Below the pieces are notes generated by a model. The model made no database searches, was not told where the DNA came from, and saw only the letters and a list, made by a program, of their open reading frames with translations. From the IMG/VR virus record IMGVR_UViG_3300030107_002332: 64,000 nucleotides of DNA; one strand, given 5' to 3'. Made by a program: the position numbers and the translations under genes. Source of the stretch: a virus. This document shows, piece by piece, positions 47,052 through 55,400 of the stretch. The first letter of the stretch is position 1. The number at the start of each line of letters is the position of its first letter.

Positions 47052-48832
47052 TAGATTGTATATAATTCATAACCTGTTGCCATCCTTGTATGCCATATTA
47101 AACCAGCATTGGATGCCTGATTCAGATCAGTTGACCTTAGTATAACATTTCCACTCGGATCTTTCAACTGGAAAGCAACACCAGCAGGGTTAGTTGTCCA
47201 TGATGTGTTACCAGTACCATTAAACACAGTAGCTACAAGACTATGAGGTCCAGCAGTTACACCAGTTATGTTAAAGGTAGTCAAAGAACTAAAGGAACTG
47301 TTAAAGGGTGATGTATTCTGTCCTATACTTCCAACAGAACTACCATCAAATGAAAATGCACCATAGTTATCTGCCATACATTCAAGAGTATAAGTTCCTG
47401 CAGTTGGTGCGTTAACATTATAAGTCTGACTATGATTAACACCTTCTAGTGTTTCATTATTAGATGGATAGACTGCATAATCATTCATAAATGCTGGCCA
47501 TGCAGGGTGAGGTCCAGATTGAACCCATGTACTTGTCTGTTCACCAGAACAAATTCCGTTCTGACATATCTTAATATACCATCCACCAGGATTTCTAATC
47601 CATGAATAAGCTAGTGAGTTAGGTGTTGGTTCTCCATCGGTAAGGAAACCAGCAGCAGAGTTAGTACAATTAACAGTCAACTTCAACGTACCAGCAGTCA
47701 AAGCTCTTGTTGCTGTGTATGGAGTAGCATATGAACCACCAAAAAAGATACCACCTTGAGCAGTCATGAACGGAGTGGTCTCATTGTTTAAGAACATCGT
47801 TGCATTATCATCACACCCAAATGTAAATCCATACGTAGCATTAGTAGGAATAGGTATCTGATATGTGACAGTCTGTTCCTGCAAAGGTAACGTACACTCC
47901 ATAGGGTTAACCCATACTGCATACTTGTTTGCTTCTTCACTCCAGTATCCACCAGTGTGACTGATTAATGTCTGAGCTCTGATCTCATGTACAGTAAAGT
48001 TACCATTACAATCTTGACCATGACCATCAAGTAAACATAATCTCTGTCCTGAATCTTCTACACGAATAGGATTGTTCGCTGGATTCAAATCTGTATATGT
48101 AATTGGATATGTTCCAGCACCATTCTGTTCCCATCCTTTAATCTCTTCTCCACCATATGCTCCACCAAAATTACCATCTCCTCTTGTAAAGACCTGTCCA
48201 TTGACAGTAATCTTATTGACTGATACACCAGCAGTACCAGGATTATCTCCCCATTGAAACTTTAATAATATATTTGCCTTACCTGTACCAGAGAAGACTA
48301 AGTTCTGTCCGTCAGCAGAGAATGAAGCAGTCAACGTACCTGAAGGTGTTGAAATCTCCTGAACTTCTGACCAAACAGGAAAGGTAACTGGGGAAGACTT
48401 CTGTCTTGAGTACTTAGTTACTGCCGTTCCAGTTGCAGTATAAAATGTCCTTGCTCTTATATTAATATCTGAATCTGCTCTAGTACACATGTCTGGTGTG
48501 AACTCAGGAATAAAAAATGTATCCTGAAAACCAGGTAAGGGTATAATAGGATCAGGTATTGGTATACCATCTCCATGATGGTTATCATGGCAATCATACC
48601 AATTACCATCTTCATCTACCTTACAAAAAGTACTCTTCCAAATTGGTAAACCTGGATCAATATAATCAAAACCATCATCAAAGTGAGTTGGATCATCACC
48701 AGTAAGAACTTCTTTCTCTTGATCTAAATCTTCTATTATAATAGCACGACGAGATCTATTAGCAATGTCCTCATCACTTACTGGTGAGTCACATACTGGA
48801 CCAAAATAACCTTCAGGATAATAAAAACCCAC
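47051..48832 (-). CDS. Protein with two PA14-like carbohydrate-binding repeats
   Basis: YGFTFGCDDNATMFLN and YTLECMADNYGAFSFDG repeats. Confidence 0.6.
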   Translation of the reverse strand: MGFYYPEGYFGPVCDSPVSDEDIANRSRRAIIIEDLDQEKEVLTGDDPTHFDDGFDYIDPGLPIWKSTFCKVDEDGNWYDCHDNHHGDGIPIPDPIIPLPGFQDTFFIPEFTPDMCTRADSDINIRARTFYTATGTAVTKYSRQKSSPVTFPVWSEVQEISTPSGTLTASFSADGQNLVFSGTGKANILLKFQWGDNPGTAGVSVNKITVNGQVFTRGDGNFGGAYGGEEIKGWEQNGAGTYPITYTDLNPANNPIRVEDSGQRLCLLDGHGQDCNGNFTVHEIRAQTLISHTGGYWSEEANKYAVWVNPMECTLPLQEQTVTYQIPIPTNATYGFTFGCDDNATMFLNNETTPFMTAQGGIFFGGSYATPYTATRALTAGTLKLTVNCTNSAAGFLTDGEPTPNSLAYSWIRNPGGWYIKICQNGICSGEQTSTWVQSGPHPAWPAFMNDYAVYPSNNETLEGVNHSQTYNVNAPTAGTYTLECMADNYGAFSFDGSSVGSIGQNTSPFNSSFSSLTTFNITGVTAGPHSLVATVFNGTGNTSWTTNPAGVAFQLKDPSGNVILRSTDLNQASNAGLIWHTRMATGYELYTI

Positions 48833-49521
48833 TACAACTGTCTAAGATTCTCTAAGATATATTTATATGCCGTTACTATATCTCCCTTTTCCTTACGGAA
48901 TAGGTCTTTGTCAAAACTTTCACCGTCTTTCCAGAGTCGCATTCCGTCAGGTGATAGTTCATCAGCCAAGAGTAAATTCTGTCCAGAATCATAACCAAAC
49001 TCCAATTTAAAATCAACAAGTGTAAGATCCATCCTACGAAAGATCCCCTTTAGTATAGCATTAATTTCTCTTGCGTGGTGTTTCAATGATGCTATATCCT
49101 CACCATATCCCATCAACTGTATACGATCTTCTGTAAGTAATGGATCATCTTTCTCATCATCCTTTAGATAGAACTCAACCAATGGCCAATTAATAATATG
49201 TCCTTCTTCTAATGTAGTCTGTCTTACTATAGAACCAGCAGCAACATTTCTTACTACAACTTCTATAGGAATGATCTCTACCTTCTTACATGACATAATA
49301 CTTACAGGATACCTATCGATGTAATGAGTCTTAATACCATGCTCCTCCATCTTCTTAAAAAGTATCTCAGATATCTCACAACAAACAGCACCCTTACCCT
49401 CAGGGAAATCTATCTTCCTACCATTACCAGCAGTAACCTTATCCTCATACTGTATTAAGACTACATCATCTTCAGCAGTAGGGAAAACAGTTTTAACCTT
49501 TCCTACCAACAATTCTTTCAT
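48832..49521 (-). CDS. purC: SAICAR synthetase
   Basis: IPIEVVVRN.AAGS, LVDFKLEFG, ADELSPD..RLW, DKD.FR. Confidence 0.95.
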   Translation of the reverse strand: MKELLVGKVKTVFPTAEDDVVLIQYEDKVTAGNGRKIDFPEGKGAVCCEISEILFKKMEEHGIKTHYIDRYPVSIMSCKKVEIIPIEVVVRNVAAGSIVRQTTLEEGHIINWPLVEFYLKDDEKDDPLLTEDRIQLMGYGEDIASLKHHAREINAILKGIFRRMDLTLVDFKLEFGYDSGQNLLLADELSPDGMRLWKDGESFDKDLFRKEKGDIVTAYKYILENLRQL

Positions 49522-49654
49522 AGATACCTCTTGCACTATTATTATGTTCTATAAGTTTGTTAACCCAGATGCGTTCAGTTAGGGTAACTTTACGTCCTAA
49601 TCTAACACGACACGCTATCTCTGACAAGCGGAGTCTGGAGTCTTTGCTTAACAT
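49493..49654 (-). CDS. Small hypothetical protein (53 aa) bridging purN and purC
   Basis: Hand translation MLSKDSRLRLSEIACRVRLGRKVTLTERIWVNKL...; alternate frame, overlaps both genes. Confidence 0.55.
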   Translation of the reverse strand: MLSKDSRLRLSEIACRVRLGRKVTLTERIWVNKLIEHNNSARGIYERIVGRKG

Positions 49655-50162
49655 GTTCTATCGCTACAGGTAATGCTGCATATTCTTTTCTTTGTATTGC
49701 TTTAGTTAATGTCTTGACATTATCATGAGGTAGAATATCAACCTCGGATTGTAATATTATTTCTCCACCATCTAACTCATCATTAACATAGTGAACAGTA
49801 CATCCAGTCTTCTTATCACCTGACTCTAATGCTTGCTCTACTGCATTTAATCCTTTGTACTTAGGAAGTAGTGATGGATGAACATTTATCATAGGAGCAG
49901 GAAACGCAGAAGGATTCTTAATCACTCTCATATATCCTGCAAGAACTATAAGTTCTACATTCCATACTTCAAATAACTTTATCATGTCCTCTTCTTTCTT
50001 GTGACTAATGTAACAATGAGGAACACCAAATTGTTGTGCTCTCTTAACAGCACCACACTTCTCTTTGTTGTGTATCATTAAAACAACTTCATCATTCCAA
50101 CAAGTTCTAAGTATGTTCTCGAAATTGGTTCCGTTACCAGAACACATGACTCCTAATTTCAT
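49602..50162 (-). CDS. purN: Phosphoribosylglycinamide formyltransferase
   Basis: SGNGTN, LAGYMR, NVHPSLLP, GCTVH. Confidence 0.95.
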   Translation of the reverse strand: MKLGVMCSGNGTNFENILRTCWNDEVVLMIHNKEKCGAVKRAQQFGVPHCYISHKKEEDMIKLFEVWNVELIVLAGYMRVIKNPSAFPAPMINVHPSLLPKYKGLNAVEQALESGDKKTGCTVHYVNDELDGGEIILQSEVDILPHDNVKTLTKAIQRKEYAALPVAIEHVKQRLQTPLVRDSVSC

Positions 50163-50914
50163 AGTAGTATTTTCGTAAGGTCGAGTGGTATGTTTTTTAT
50201 TCTATCCTTTGCAGTGTCACAATAAGCTCCACTGATATCTATGCCAATATACCTCCTGCCCATCTGATGTGCGACTAATGTCGTTGTACCAACACCATTA
50301 AAAGGATCAAGTACAAGATCATTTTTATACGAGAATAGTTTTAAGCATCTCTTTACTAATTCCTCAGGGAACATAGCAGGGTGATCGAACTCTTTCATCC
50401 TTGTCTCTGGTGCCATAGACCAGTGACCATTGACATACTTTATAAACTCATCCTTGGTTATATCTATGTCCTCTTTCTTACCTTCATGCTTAATTGTATC
50501 TTTACTAAACACTTCTATAAACTCAAAAGGATAACTTAAATAAGGAGATGAAGGTGACTTGTAACTACCCCATGCAGTTAACTTCTTAAGGTTATTCTTT
50601 AACCATATAATTTCACCTCTCCATATCATTCCAGCATCTATCAAACCAGTAGTAAGATAATGATGAGTTGGACAGTAACCTTTATAGTTGGGTTGAATGT
50701 TTATGATTAAACGTCCACCACTCTTAAGCACACGTTGACACTGCTTTAATATTCTCAGCAGAGTATCAACATATGTTTTTGTACTAGCCATATCCTTATG
50801 ACTATCATATGCCATACCAAAATTATAAGGTGGAGAAGTCAATACGATATCAACACTCTCATCATCCAAAGTCTTAAGGTATTCATAGGACTCAGCACAT
50901 ACTATCTCATTCAT
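50159..50914 (-). CDS. Beta-class N4-C/N6-A DNA methyltransferase
   Basis: TSPPY precedes HPAMFP and DPFNGVGTT. Confidence 0.92.
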   Translation of the reverse strand: MNEIVCAESYEYLKTLDDESVDIVLTSPPYNFGMAYDSHKDMASTKTYVDTLLRILKQCQRVLKSGGRLIINIQPNYKGYCPTHHYLTTGLIDAGMIWRGEIIWLKNNLKKLTAWGSYKSPSSPYLSYPFEFIEVFSKDTIKHEGKKEDIDITKDEFIKYVNGHWSMAPETRMKEFDHPAMFPEELVKRCLKLFSYKNDLVLDPFNGVGTTTLVAHQMGRRYIGIDISGAYCDTAKDRIKNIPLDLTKILL

Positions 50915-51435
50915 ACTAATCTAAAACCTTTGCTTAGTTTCTTGTAATAAATTATACGCACATCAATATTCTCTTGCTTAGAATTAATAGTCTGCTTATA
51001 AGTATCAGGTTTAATTGATACAAACTCACCATCAACTACTCCATCTATTCCTTTTGCTTCCTCTTCTGGAGTTGCTAACCTATACTCACCAGTCTTAGAT
51101 GATTGCTTAAGGATTTCTTCCTGCCAGAATAGACCATCAAAGGTCTTATCAATTACTAAATCTTCTGTCCAATTTCTAACATCTTCTTTGGTAAGAGACT
51201 GTAAATTTACTATCAGTTCCTGTATCCCTTCCCAAGTCTTATCGGTTGCAGTATCAATAGATCCTGACTGCTCACCTTCATAATAGTTTATCCATCCCTC
51301 TTTAGAGGGAGCAACAGTAGTATCTTTATACTCCTGTATCATATCACTCAACTGTCCAACGTTCTTAGGACGTGTTGACTGTTTAAATCCGTTTATATTA
51401 TTAATCACTGTGCCCACGTACTTTAAAATAGCCAT
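50911..51435 (-). CDS. MjaI-like type II restriction endonuclease
   Basis: RPKNVGQLSDMIQE, TFDG, EEEAKGIDG, VSIKP.TYK motifs; coupled to the methyltransferase. Confidence 0.7.
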   Translation of the reverse strand: MAILKYVGTVINNINGFKQSTRPKNVGQLSDMIQEYKDTTVAPSKEGWINYYEGEQSGSIDTATDKTWEGIQELIVNLQSLTKEDVRNWTEDLVIDKTFDGLFWQEEILKQSSKTGEYRLATPEEEAKGIDGVVDGEFVSIKPDTYKQTINSKQENIDVRIIYYKKLSKGFRLV

Positions 51436-51436
51436 G

Positions 51437-51460
51437 AAAAAAGGGGGTGTGATACCCCCT
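51437..51460 (-). terminator. psbA intrinsic terminator
   Basis: AGGGGG-TATCACA-CCCCCT plus U-tract. Confidence 0.82.
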
Positions 51461-51461
51461 T

Positions 51462-51490
51462 ATTATATCAGACTAACCTGTGTGTGTCAA
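51462..51490 (-). promoter_or_regulatory. Consensus sigma70-type early promoter
   Basis: TTGACA-17-TATAAT; -35 overlaps psbA stop codon. Confidence 0.82.
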
Positions 51491-52569
51491 CCAATTGAAG
51501 GTGCTACAAGAGCGACTTCAGAGGTCTCAGCAGCAGCAAGGTCAAGTGGGAAGTTGTGTGCATTTCTTTCATGCATAACTTCCATACCCAAGTTTGCTCT
51601 GTTAAGAACATCACCCCATGTAGGAACAACCTTACCACCAGCATCTACGATAGACTGGTTGAAGTTGAATCCATTCAGGTTGAATGCCATTGTACAGATA
51701 CCCATAGAGGTTAACCATACGCATACAACTGGGAATGTAGCAAGGAAGAAGTGAAGACTTCGACTGTTGTTAAACGATGCATACTGGAAGATTAATCTAC
51801 CGAAGTATCCATGAGCAGCAACGATGTTGTAGGTCTCTTCTTCTTGACCAAACTTGTAACCATAGTTCTGAGACTCATTTTCTGTAGTCTCACGGATAAG
51901 TGAAGATGTAACCAATGAACCGTGCATAGCACTGAACAAAGCACCACCGAACATACCCGCCACACCTGCCATGTGGAATGGATGCATGAGGATATTATGT
52001 TCCGCCTGGAAGACAAACATAAAGTTGAACGTACCCGAAATACCGAGAGGCATACCGTCAGAGAATGATCCTTGTCCGAAAGGATAGACCAAGAAGACAG
52101 CGAAGGCCGCTGATACTGGTGCGGAGTAAGCAACACAGATCCAAGGGCGCATACCCAAGCGATACGATAACTCCCACTGTCTGCCCATGTATGCAGATAT
52201 TCCTATAAGGAAGTGGAAGATAACCAACTGATATGGACCTCCATTATACAGCCACTCATCAAGAGTAGCAGCTTCCCAAATGGGATAGAAGTGTAATCCA
52301 ATTGCGTTGGAAGATGGAACTACAGCACCAGAGATGATGTTGTTACCATACATGAATGAACCTGCAACAGGTTCACGGATCCCATCGATATCGACAGGAG
52401 GAGCAGCGATGAATGCTATGATGAAGCACGTAGTTGCTGCGAGTAAGCATGGAATCATTAAGACTCCGAACCAACCGACATAGATTCTATTCTCGGTTGA
52501 AGTAACCCACTCACAGAACTGAGGCCATCCAGCTAATAGACCGCTATCTCTTTTTGAAAGAGTTGTCAT
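51487..52569 (-). CDS. psbA: Photosystem II D1 protein, uninterrupted
   Basis: Full D1 sequence ([26 protein letters not shown]). Confidence 0.99.
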   Translation of the reverse strand: MTTLSKRDSGLLAGWPQFCEWVTSTENRIYVGWFGVLMIPCLLAATTCFIIAFIAAPPVDIDGIREPVAGSFMYGNNIISGAVVPSSNAIGLHFYPIWEAATLDEWLYNGGPYQLVIFHFLIGISAYMGRQWELSYRLGMRPWICVAYSAPVSAAFAVFLVYPFGQGSFSDGMPLGISGTFNFMFVFQAEHNILMHPFHMAGVAGMFGGALFSAMHGSLVTSSLIRETTENESQNYGYKFGQEEETYNIVAAHGYFGRLIFQYASFNNSRSLHFFLATFPVVCVWLTSMGICTMAFNLNGFNFNQSIVDAGGKVVPTWGDVLNRANLGMEVMHERNAHNFPLDLAAAETSEVALVAPSIG

Positions 52570-52589
52570 TTAGATGATTGCGTTTTGAG

Positions 52590-52640
52590 AGAGGTATGAA
52601 AAGACATTGTAACCCCTTGGTCTTGGTTTGGGGGAGTAAA
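52590..52640 (-). ncRNA. PhotoRC-II-like structured leader of psbA
   Basis: CCCC/GGGG and AAGAC/GUCUU crossing pairings in the psbA 5' UTR; family named from recall. Confidence 0.6.
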
Positions 52641-52663
52641 GGATGAGGAAATCCTCATCGATC

Positions 52664-52697
52664 TATTTATCATAACAAAACTTCACAATTTTGTCAA
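52664..52697 (-). promoter_or_regulatory. Overlapping early (TTGACA-17-TATGAT) and late-like (GATAAATA) psbA promoters
   Basis: Direct reading. Confidence 0.75.
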
Positions 52698-53287
52698 GAG
52701 ACCCATGTAGATTTTGCTACCCATTCCTTCTCATTTGATTCTTTCTTCGTACAATGTGCTGTGATTTGATGGTCAGTCACTGCTTGTAGCATGATGTTAC
52801 CAGCAATGATTATTCTATTACCTTCAACATTAATAGGGTCAGCACCATGCATTACCCATGCTGGCCATACATTTATATCTCCACTGCTCTGATGCTCTGG
52901 ATATATCTTTGTACCTTTATCAGATTCAAAGTAAAAAGGATTCTGATCTACAGATTGTATTACATGACACCATGATAGTATCTCATCTCCAGAAAAATGA
53001 GCATGATTAGAATGACCTGGTGTTCTCTTAGTATATCCCTGCAACCATAGGTTAAATTGATATGCACATCTATCTTGCATACCCATCACCCTCATTATCT
53101 GTTCCATCTTACTTCTATAGTATGGTACTAACAGACCAAGTACCTCAGTCTCATCATCATCGTGAGGACGTGGACCATAGGTAGTGTATAACTCCAATGG
53201 ATTCTCATTGAGTTTCCTACTAACAACCTTCTTGAGTTTCCCCAATACATCATCAGGGAGATTCTCATTCTGACTCCATATAATCAT
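52694..53287 (-). CDS. 2OG-Fe(II) oxygenase-like protein
   Basis: HSNHAH, WPAWVMH, RIIIAGN. Confidence 0.75.
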   Translation of the reverse strand: MIIWSQNENLPDDVLGKLKKVVSRKLNENPLELYTTYGPRPHDDDETEVLGLLVPYYRSKMEQIMRVMGMQDRCAYQFNLWLQGYTKRTPGHSNHAHFSGDEILSWCHVIQSVDQNPFYFESDKGTKIYPEHQSSGDINVWPAWVMHGADPINVEGNRIIIAGNIMLQAVTDHQITAHCTKKESNEKEWVAKSTWVS

Positions 53288-53565
53288 CGTTTAATCCACC
53301 TTGGAAAATAAAATATTAAAAAAGAAGCACCCCAAAAGGTGCCTAACGCTGCTACATGCAGCAATCTATTAGAGTTAACTATTAACCCAAGTGTTACAAG
53401 TCCCATCCAAGCATAATCTAATGTGCCGTGGAATCTATACCATACATTAGCAGTATACTTTTCAATAAACTTATCTCTTTGCTTTGCAAACCACGGTGAC
53501 ACGTGTCGCATCATAACAAATCCTTCATTGAAGAACATAATAAAGAATCCAATCCAGAAAATCAT
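53284..53565 (-). CDS. Small membrane protein
   Basis: Three hydrophobic stretches. Confidence 0.7.
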   Translation of the reverse strand: MIFWIGFFIMFFNEGFVMMRHVSPWFAKQRDKFIEKYTANVWYRFHGTLDYAWMGLVTLGLIVNSNRLLHVAALGTFWGASFLIFYFPRWIKR

Positions 53566-53581
53566 AATAATTTAAGTAACG

Positions 53582-53803
53582 TTAATGTCTTTCCTGCCAA
53601 TTCTCAGATCCTCCACCTTTCCAAGGTGAATGTTTCTCTACTGCTAACCTATACATCTTCTCATGCATAGTAATATCTTCTGCTATCTCTTCTTCAGGTC
53701 TTGGATTTTCGTTAGGGTCTCTCGCTATTGGCATAATATCATGGGGGTGAGGTACATCATCAAACCACTCATCGAGTGGTAGTCTGTGTAACGGTTGTTT
53801 CAT
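53582..53803 (-). CDS. Hypothetical protein
   Basis: 73-aa ORF, coupled. Confidence 0.6.
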   Translation of the reverse strand: MKQPLHRLPLDEWFDDVPHPHDIMPIARDPNENPRPEEEIAEDITMHEKMYRLAVEKHSPWKGGGSENWQERH

Positions 53804-53994
53804 CCTTTGTATTTGCGTACGGTTCCTTTCAAACCTGCTTCTTTAAGATACTCTCTTGCTTCTTTCTGTGCATCAAAAACTTTTGCCCATGAAGGCTGCT
53901 CTGACCAACTGGTATGTGAAACAAGGTATTCAATCTCGCCATCAACTTTACGTGTTGCTACCCAACGAGATGTGTTATTAGGATCTCTAGCCAT
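53800..53994 (-). CDS. Hypothetical protein
   Basis: 64-aa ORF, coupled. Confidence 0.6.
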   Translation of the reverse strand: MARDPNNTSRWVATRKVDGEIEYLVSHTSWSEQPSWAKVFDAQKEAREYLKEAGLKGTVRKYKG

Positions 53995-54015
53995 GATAAA
54001 ATTTCTAAACTAAAT

Positions 54016-54171
54016 TTATTTATTAAAGTAAGTCTCGTAGTATTTTACCAAACCAAAGGTAACATTAAACTTACTAACCCACTCTTCAGCACATGCCTCT
54101 GCATTTTCCCCAGAGTAACCGAACTGATTTAATATTTTAAGTGCTTCTTCTTTTATCATTTCTATGACCAT
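54016..54171 (-). CDS. Small hypothetical protein (51 aa)
   Basis: Hand translation MVIEMIKEEALKILNQFGYS...YETYFNK fills the gap. Confidence 0.55.
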   Translation of the reverse strand: MVIEMIKEEALKILNQFGYSGENAEACAEEWVSKFNVTFGLVKYYETYFNK

Positions 54172-54385
54172 GTGCGATACCTAACTCATGCATCTTAGCA
54201 TGCTCGTCTATCTCATCTCTTAATCCTTTCTTACCTGAACCGAATGTCATGTAGATACCATAACCCATTAATCCTATAACAATTGCTCCAATAAAGATTG
54301 GTATAGCAAGACCTGCTTCAATGAATGGTTGTTTCTCCCATGTATTCGGTAATGTATATACAGATGGGTTTGATAAAAAAATCAT
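54137..54385 (-). CDS. Small membrane protein
   Basis: One TM; GLMGYGIYMTFG..K.LRD.IDEH. Confidence 0.7.
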   Translation of the reverse strand: MIFLSNPSVYTLPNTWEKQPFIEAGLAIPIFIGAIVIGLMGYGIYMTFGSGKKGLRDEIDEHAKMHELGIAHGHRNDKRRST

Positions 54386-54504
54386 ATTAATCCTATAGAA
54401 CCTGCTGTCAATCCCACGGCTATGAAGAATCCAAACTCTAACAGTCCGTGAGAACCTGCTGGAGTATTTATTAATATGTTATTGAAAAACGTACTGACCA
54501 ACAT
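54382..54504 (-). CDS. Small membrane peptide (40 aa)
   Basis: Hand translation MLVSTFF...GLLEFGFFIAVGLTAGSIGLI; ATGA overlap. Confidence 0.55.
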   Translation of the reverse strand: MLVSTFFNNILINTPAGSHGLLEFGFFIAVGLTAGSIGLI

Positions 54505-54553
54505 TTGAATAAGTGTATACTGCTAAAGTAACTAAGAAAAATACTTGATACAT
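54479..54553 (-). CDS. Hydrophobic micro-peptide (24 aa)
   Basis: MYQVFFLVTLAVYTYSNVGQYVFQ. Confidence 0.4.
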   Translation of the reverse strand: MYQVFFLVTLAVYTYSNVGQYVFQ

Positions 54554-54601
54554 GATGGGTAAAAATACTTACTGGTATTATATAGGTATTTTTACTCTAT
54601 G

Positions 54602-54793
54602 TCAAGTAGGTGATGGTGCATAGGCAGGTTGCATAATTCTTATGCCTTTACCTCCATCCTGATCATCATCGTCATCATTGTTAAATACTCTTAATAGTAA
54701 TTCAATCAACACTAAAGCAGCCATCGGGTAAAATACCCAAAGGACTGCTACTAGTGGTGAGATTGTATCTGAGGCGGCTACGAAGTCGCTCAT
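54602..54793 (-). CDS. Small membrane protein with acidic stretch
   Basis: TM then NDDDDDQDGG; late promoter at 54827-54834. Confidence 0.7.
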   Translation of the reverse strand: MSDFVAASDTISPLVAVLWVFYPMAALVLIELLLRVFNNDDDDDQDGGKGIRIMQPAYAPSPT

Positions 54794-54835
54794 TGGATTG
54801 TGTTGTTATGTTAACTTATGAGTAGTTATTTATAC

Positions 54836-54940
54836 TTAACTAAAGTACTGGAGTTTAGTATAGATTGCTATACCTGCCCAGAACAACATCATAGATGCTC
54901 TTCCATTTGCTCTCCAGAATAGATCTAAAGTACCATTCAT
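54836..54940 (-). CDS. Divergent HLIP-like peptide (34 aa)
   Basis: FWRANGRASM resembles AERLNGRLAM without the Glu. Confidence 0.55.
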   Translation of the reverse strand: MNGTLDLFWRANGRASMMLFWAGIAIYTKLQYFS

Positions 54941-55047
54941 TAGAATATACCTGGAATGATTTGACCTGTGGTGATGTAAGCACCTGTTGCTGCAACGAAT
55001 CCTATCATTGCCATCCAACCGTTAAACTTTTCTGCTTCTGGTGTCAT
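54940..55047 (-). CDS. hli: High-light-inducible protein (35 aa)
   Basis: MTPEAEKFNGWMAMIGF...TGQIIPGIF; AGGAG SD; absent from ORF track. Confidence 0.92.
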   Translation of the reverse strand: MTPEAEKFNGWMAMIGFVAATGAYITTGQIIPGIF

Positions 55048-55117
55048 TTGTTTTCTCCTTTTTAGATTTGAGGGTTAAAAGTGACTCGCTATGCGAGTGG
55101 TGTAAAGACCTTTAGTC

Positions 55118-55330
55118 TTAAAATATGCCAGGTATAACTGATCCAAAGAGGATATAGTTATGTACCAGTGCAAAGAATCCAATCATCGCTAGGCGACCAT
55201 TAGTAGACTCTGCTTCTTTCCAGTAGTCATGATCGTGATCTACTTGAATCTGAGGTTCATGAGCAAACATGTTCTGCTTGCCATACTCAGTAGTAGTATA
55301 ACGATTCATACTGTTTGATGAAGTTGTCAT
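55118..55330 (-). CDS. hli: High-light-inducible protein (70 aa)
   Basis: AESTNGRLAMIGF...IPGIF; start moved to MTTSS. Confidence 0.9.
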   Translation of the reverse strand: MTTSSNSMNRYTTTEYGKQNMFAHEPQIQVDHDHDYWKEAESTNGRLAMIGFFALVHNYILFGSVIPGIF

Positions 55331-55333
55331 TCG

Positions 55334-55383
55334 TTTGTTAAGAAACGTAACATAATTATATAGCAAATCTAAAATTCTGTCAA
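55334..55383 (-). promoter_or_regulatory. sigma70 promoter plus HLR1-like direct repeat
   Basis: TTGACA-17-TATAAT (55383-55355), then GTTACGTT-TC-TTAACAAA. Confidence 0.7.
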
Positions 55384-55400
55384 GGTACAAATACCTATTG

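Noticed and set aside
50911-51435. Assigning CTAG specificity from the MjaI resemblance
   Set aside because: Family resemblance does not fix the site, CTAG occurs repeatedly in the window, and no count was computed
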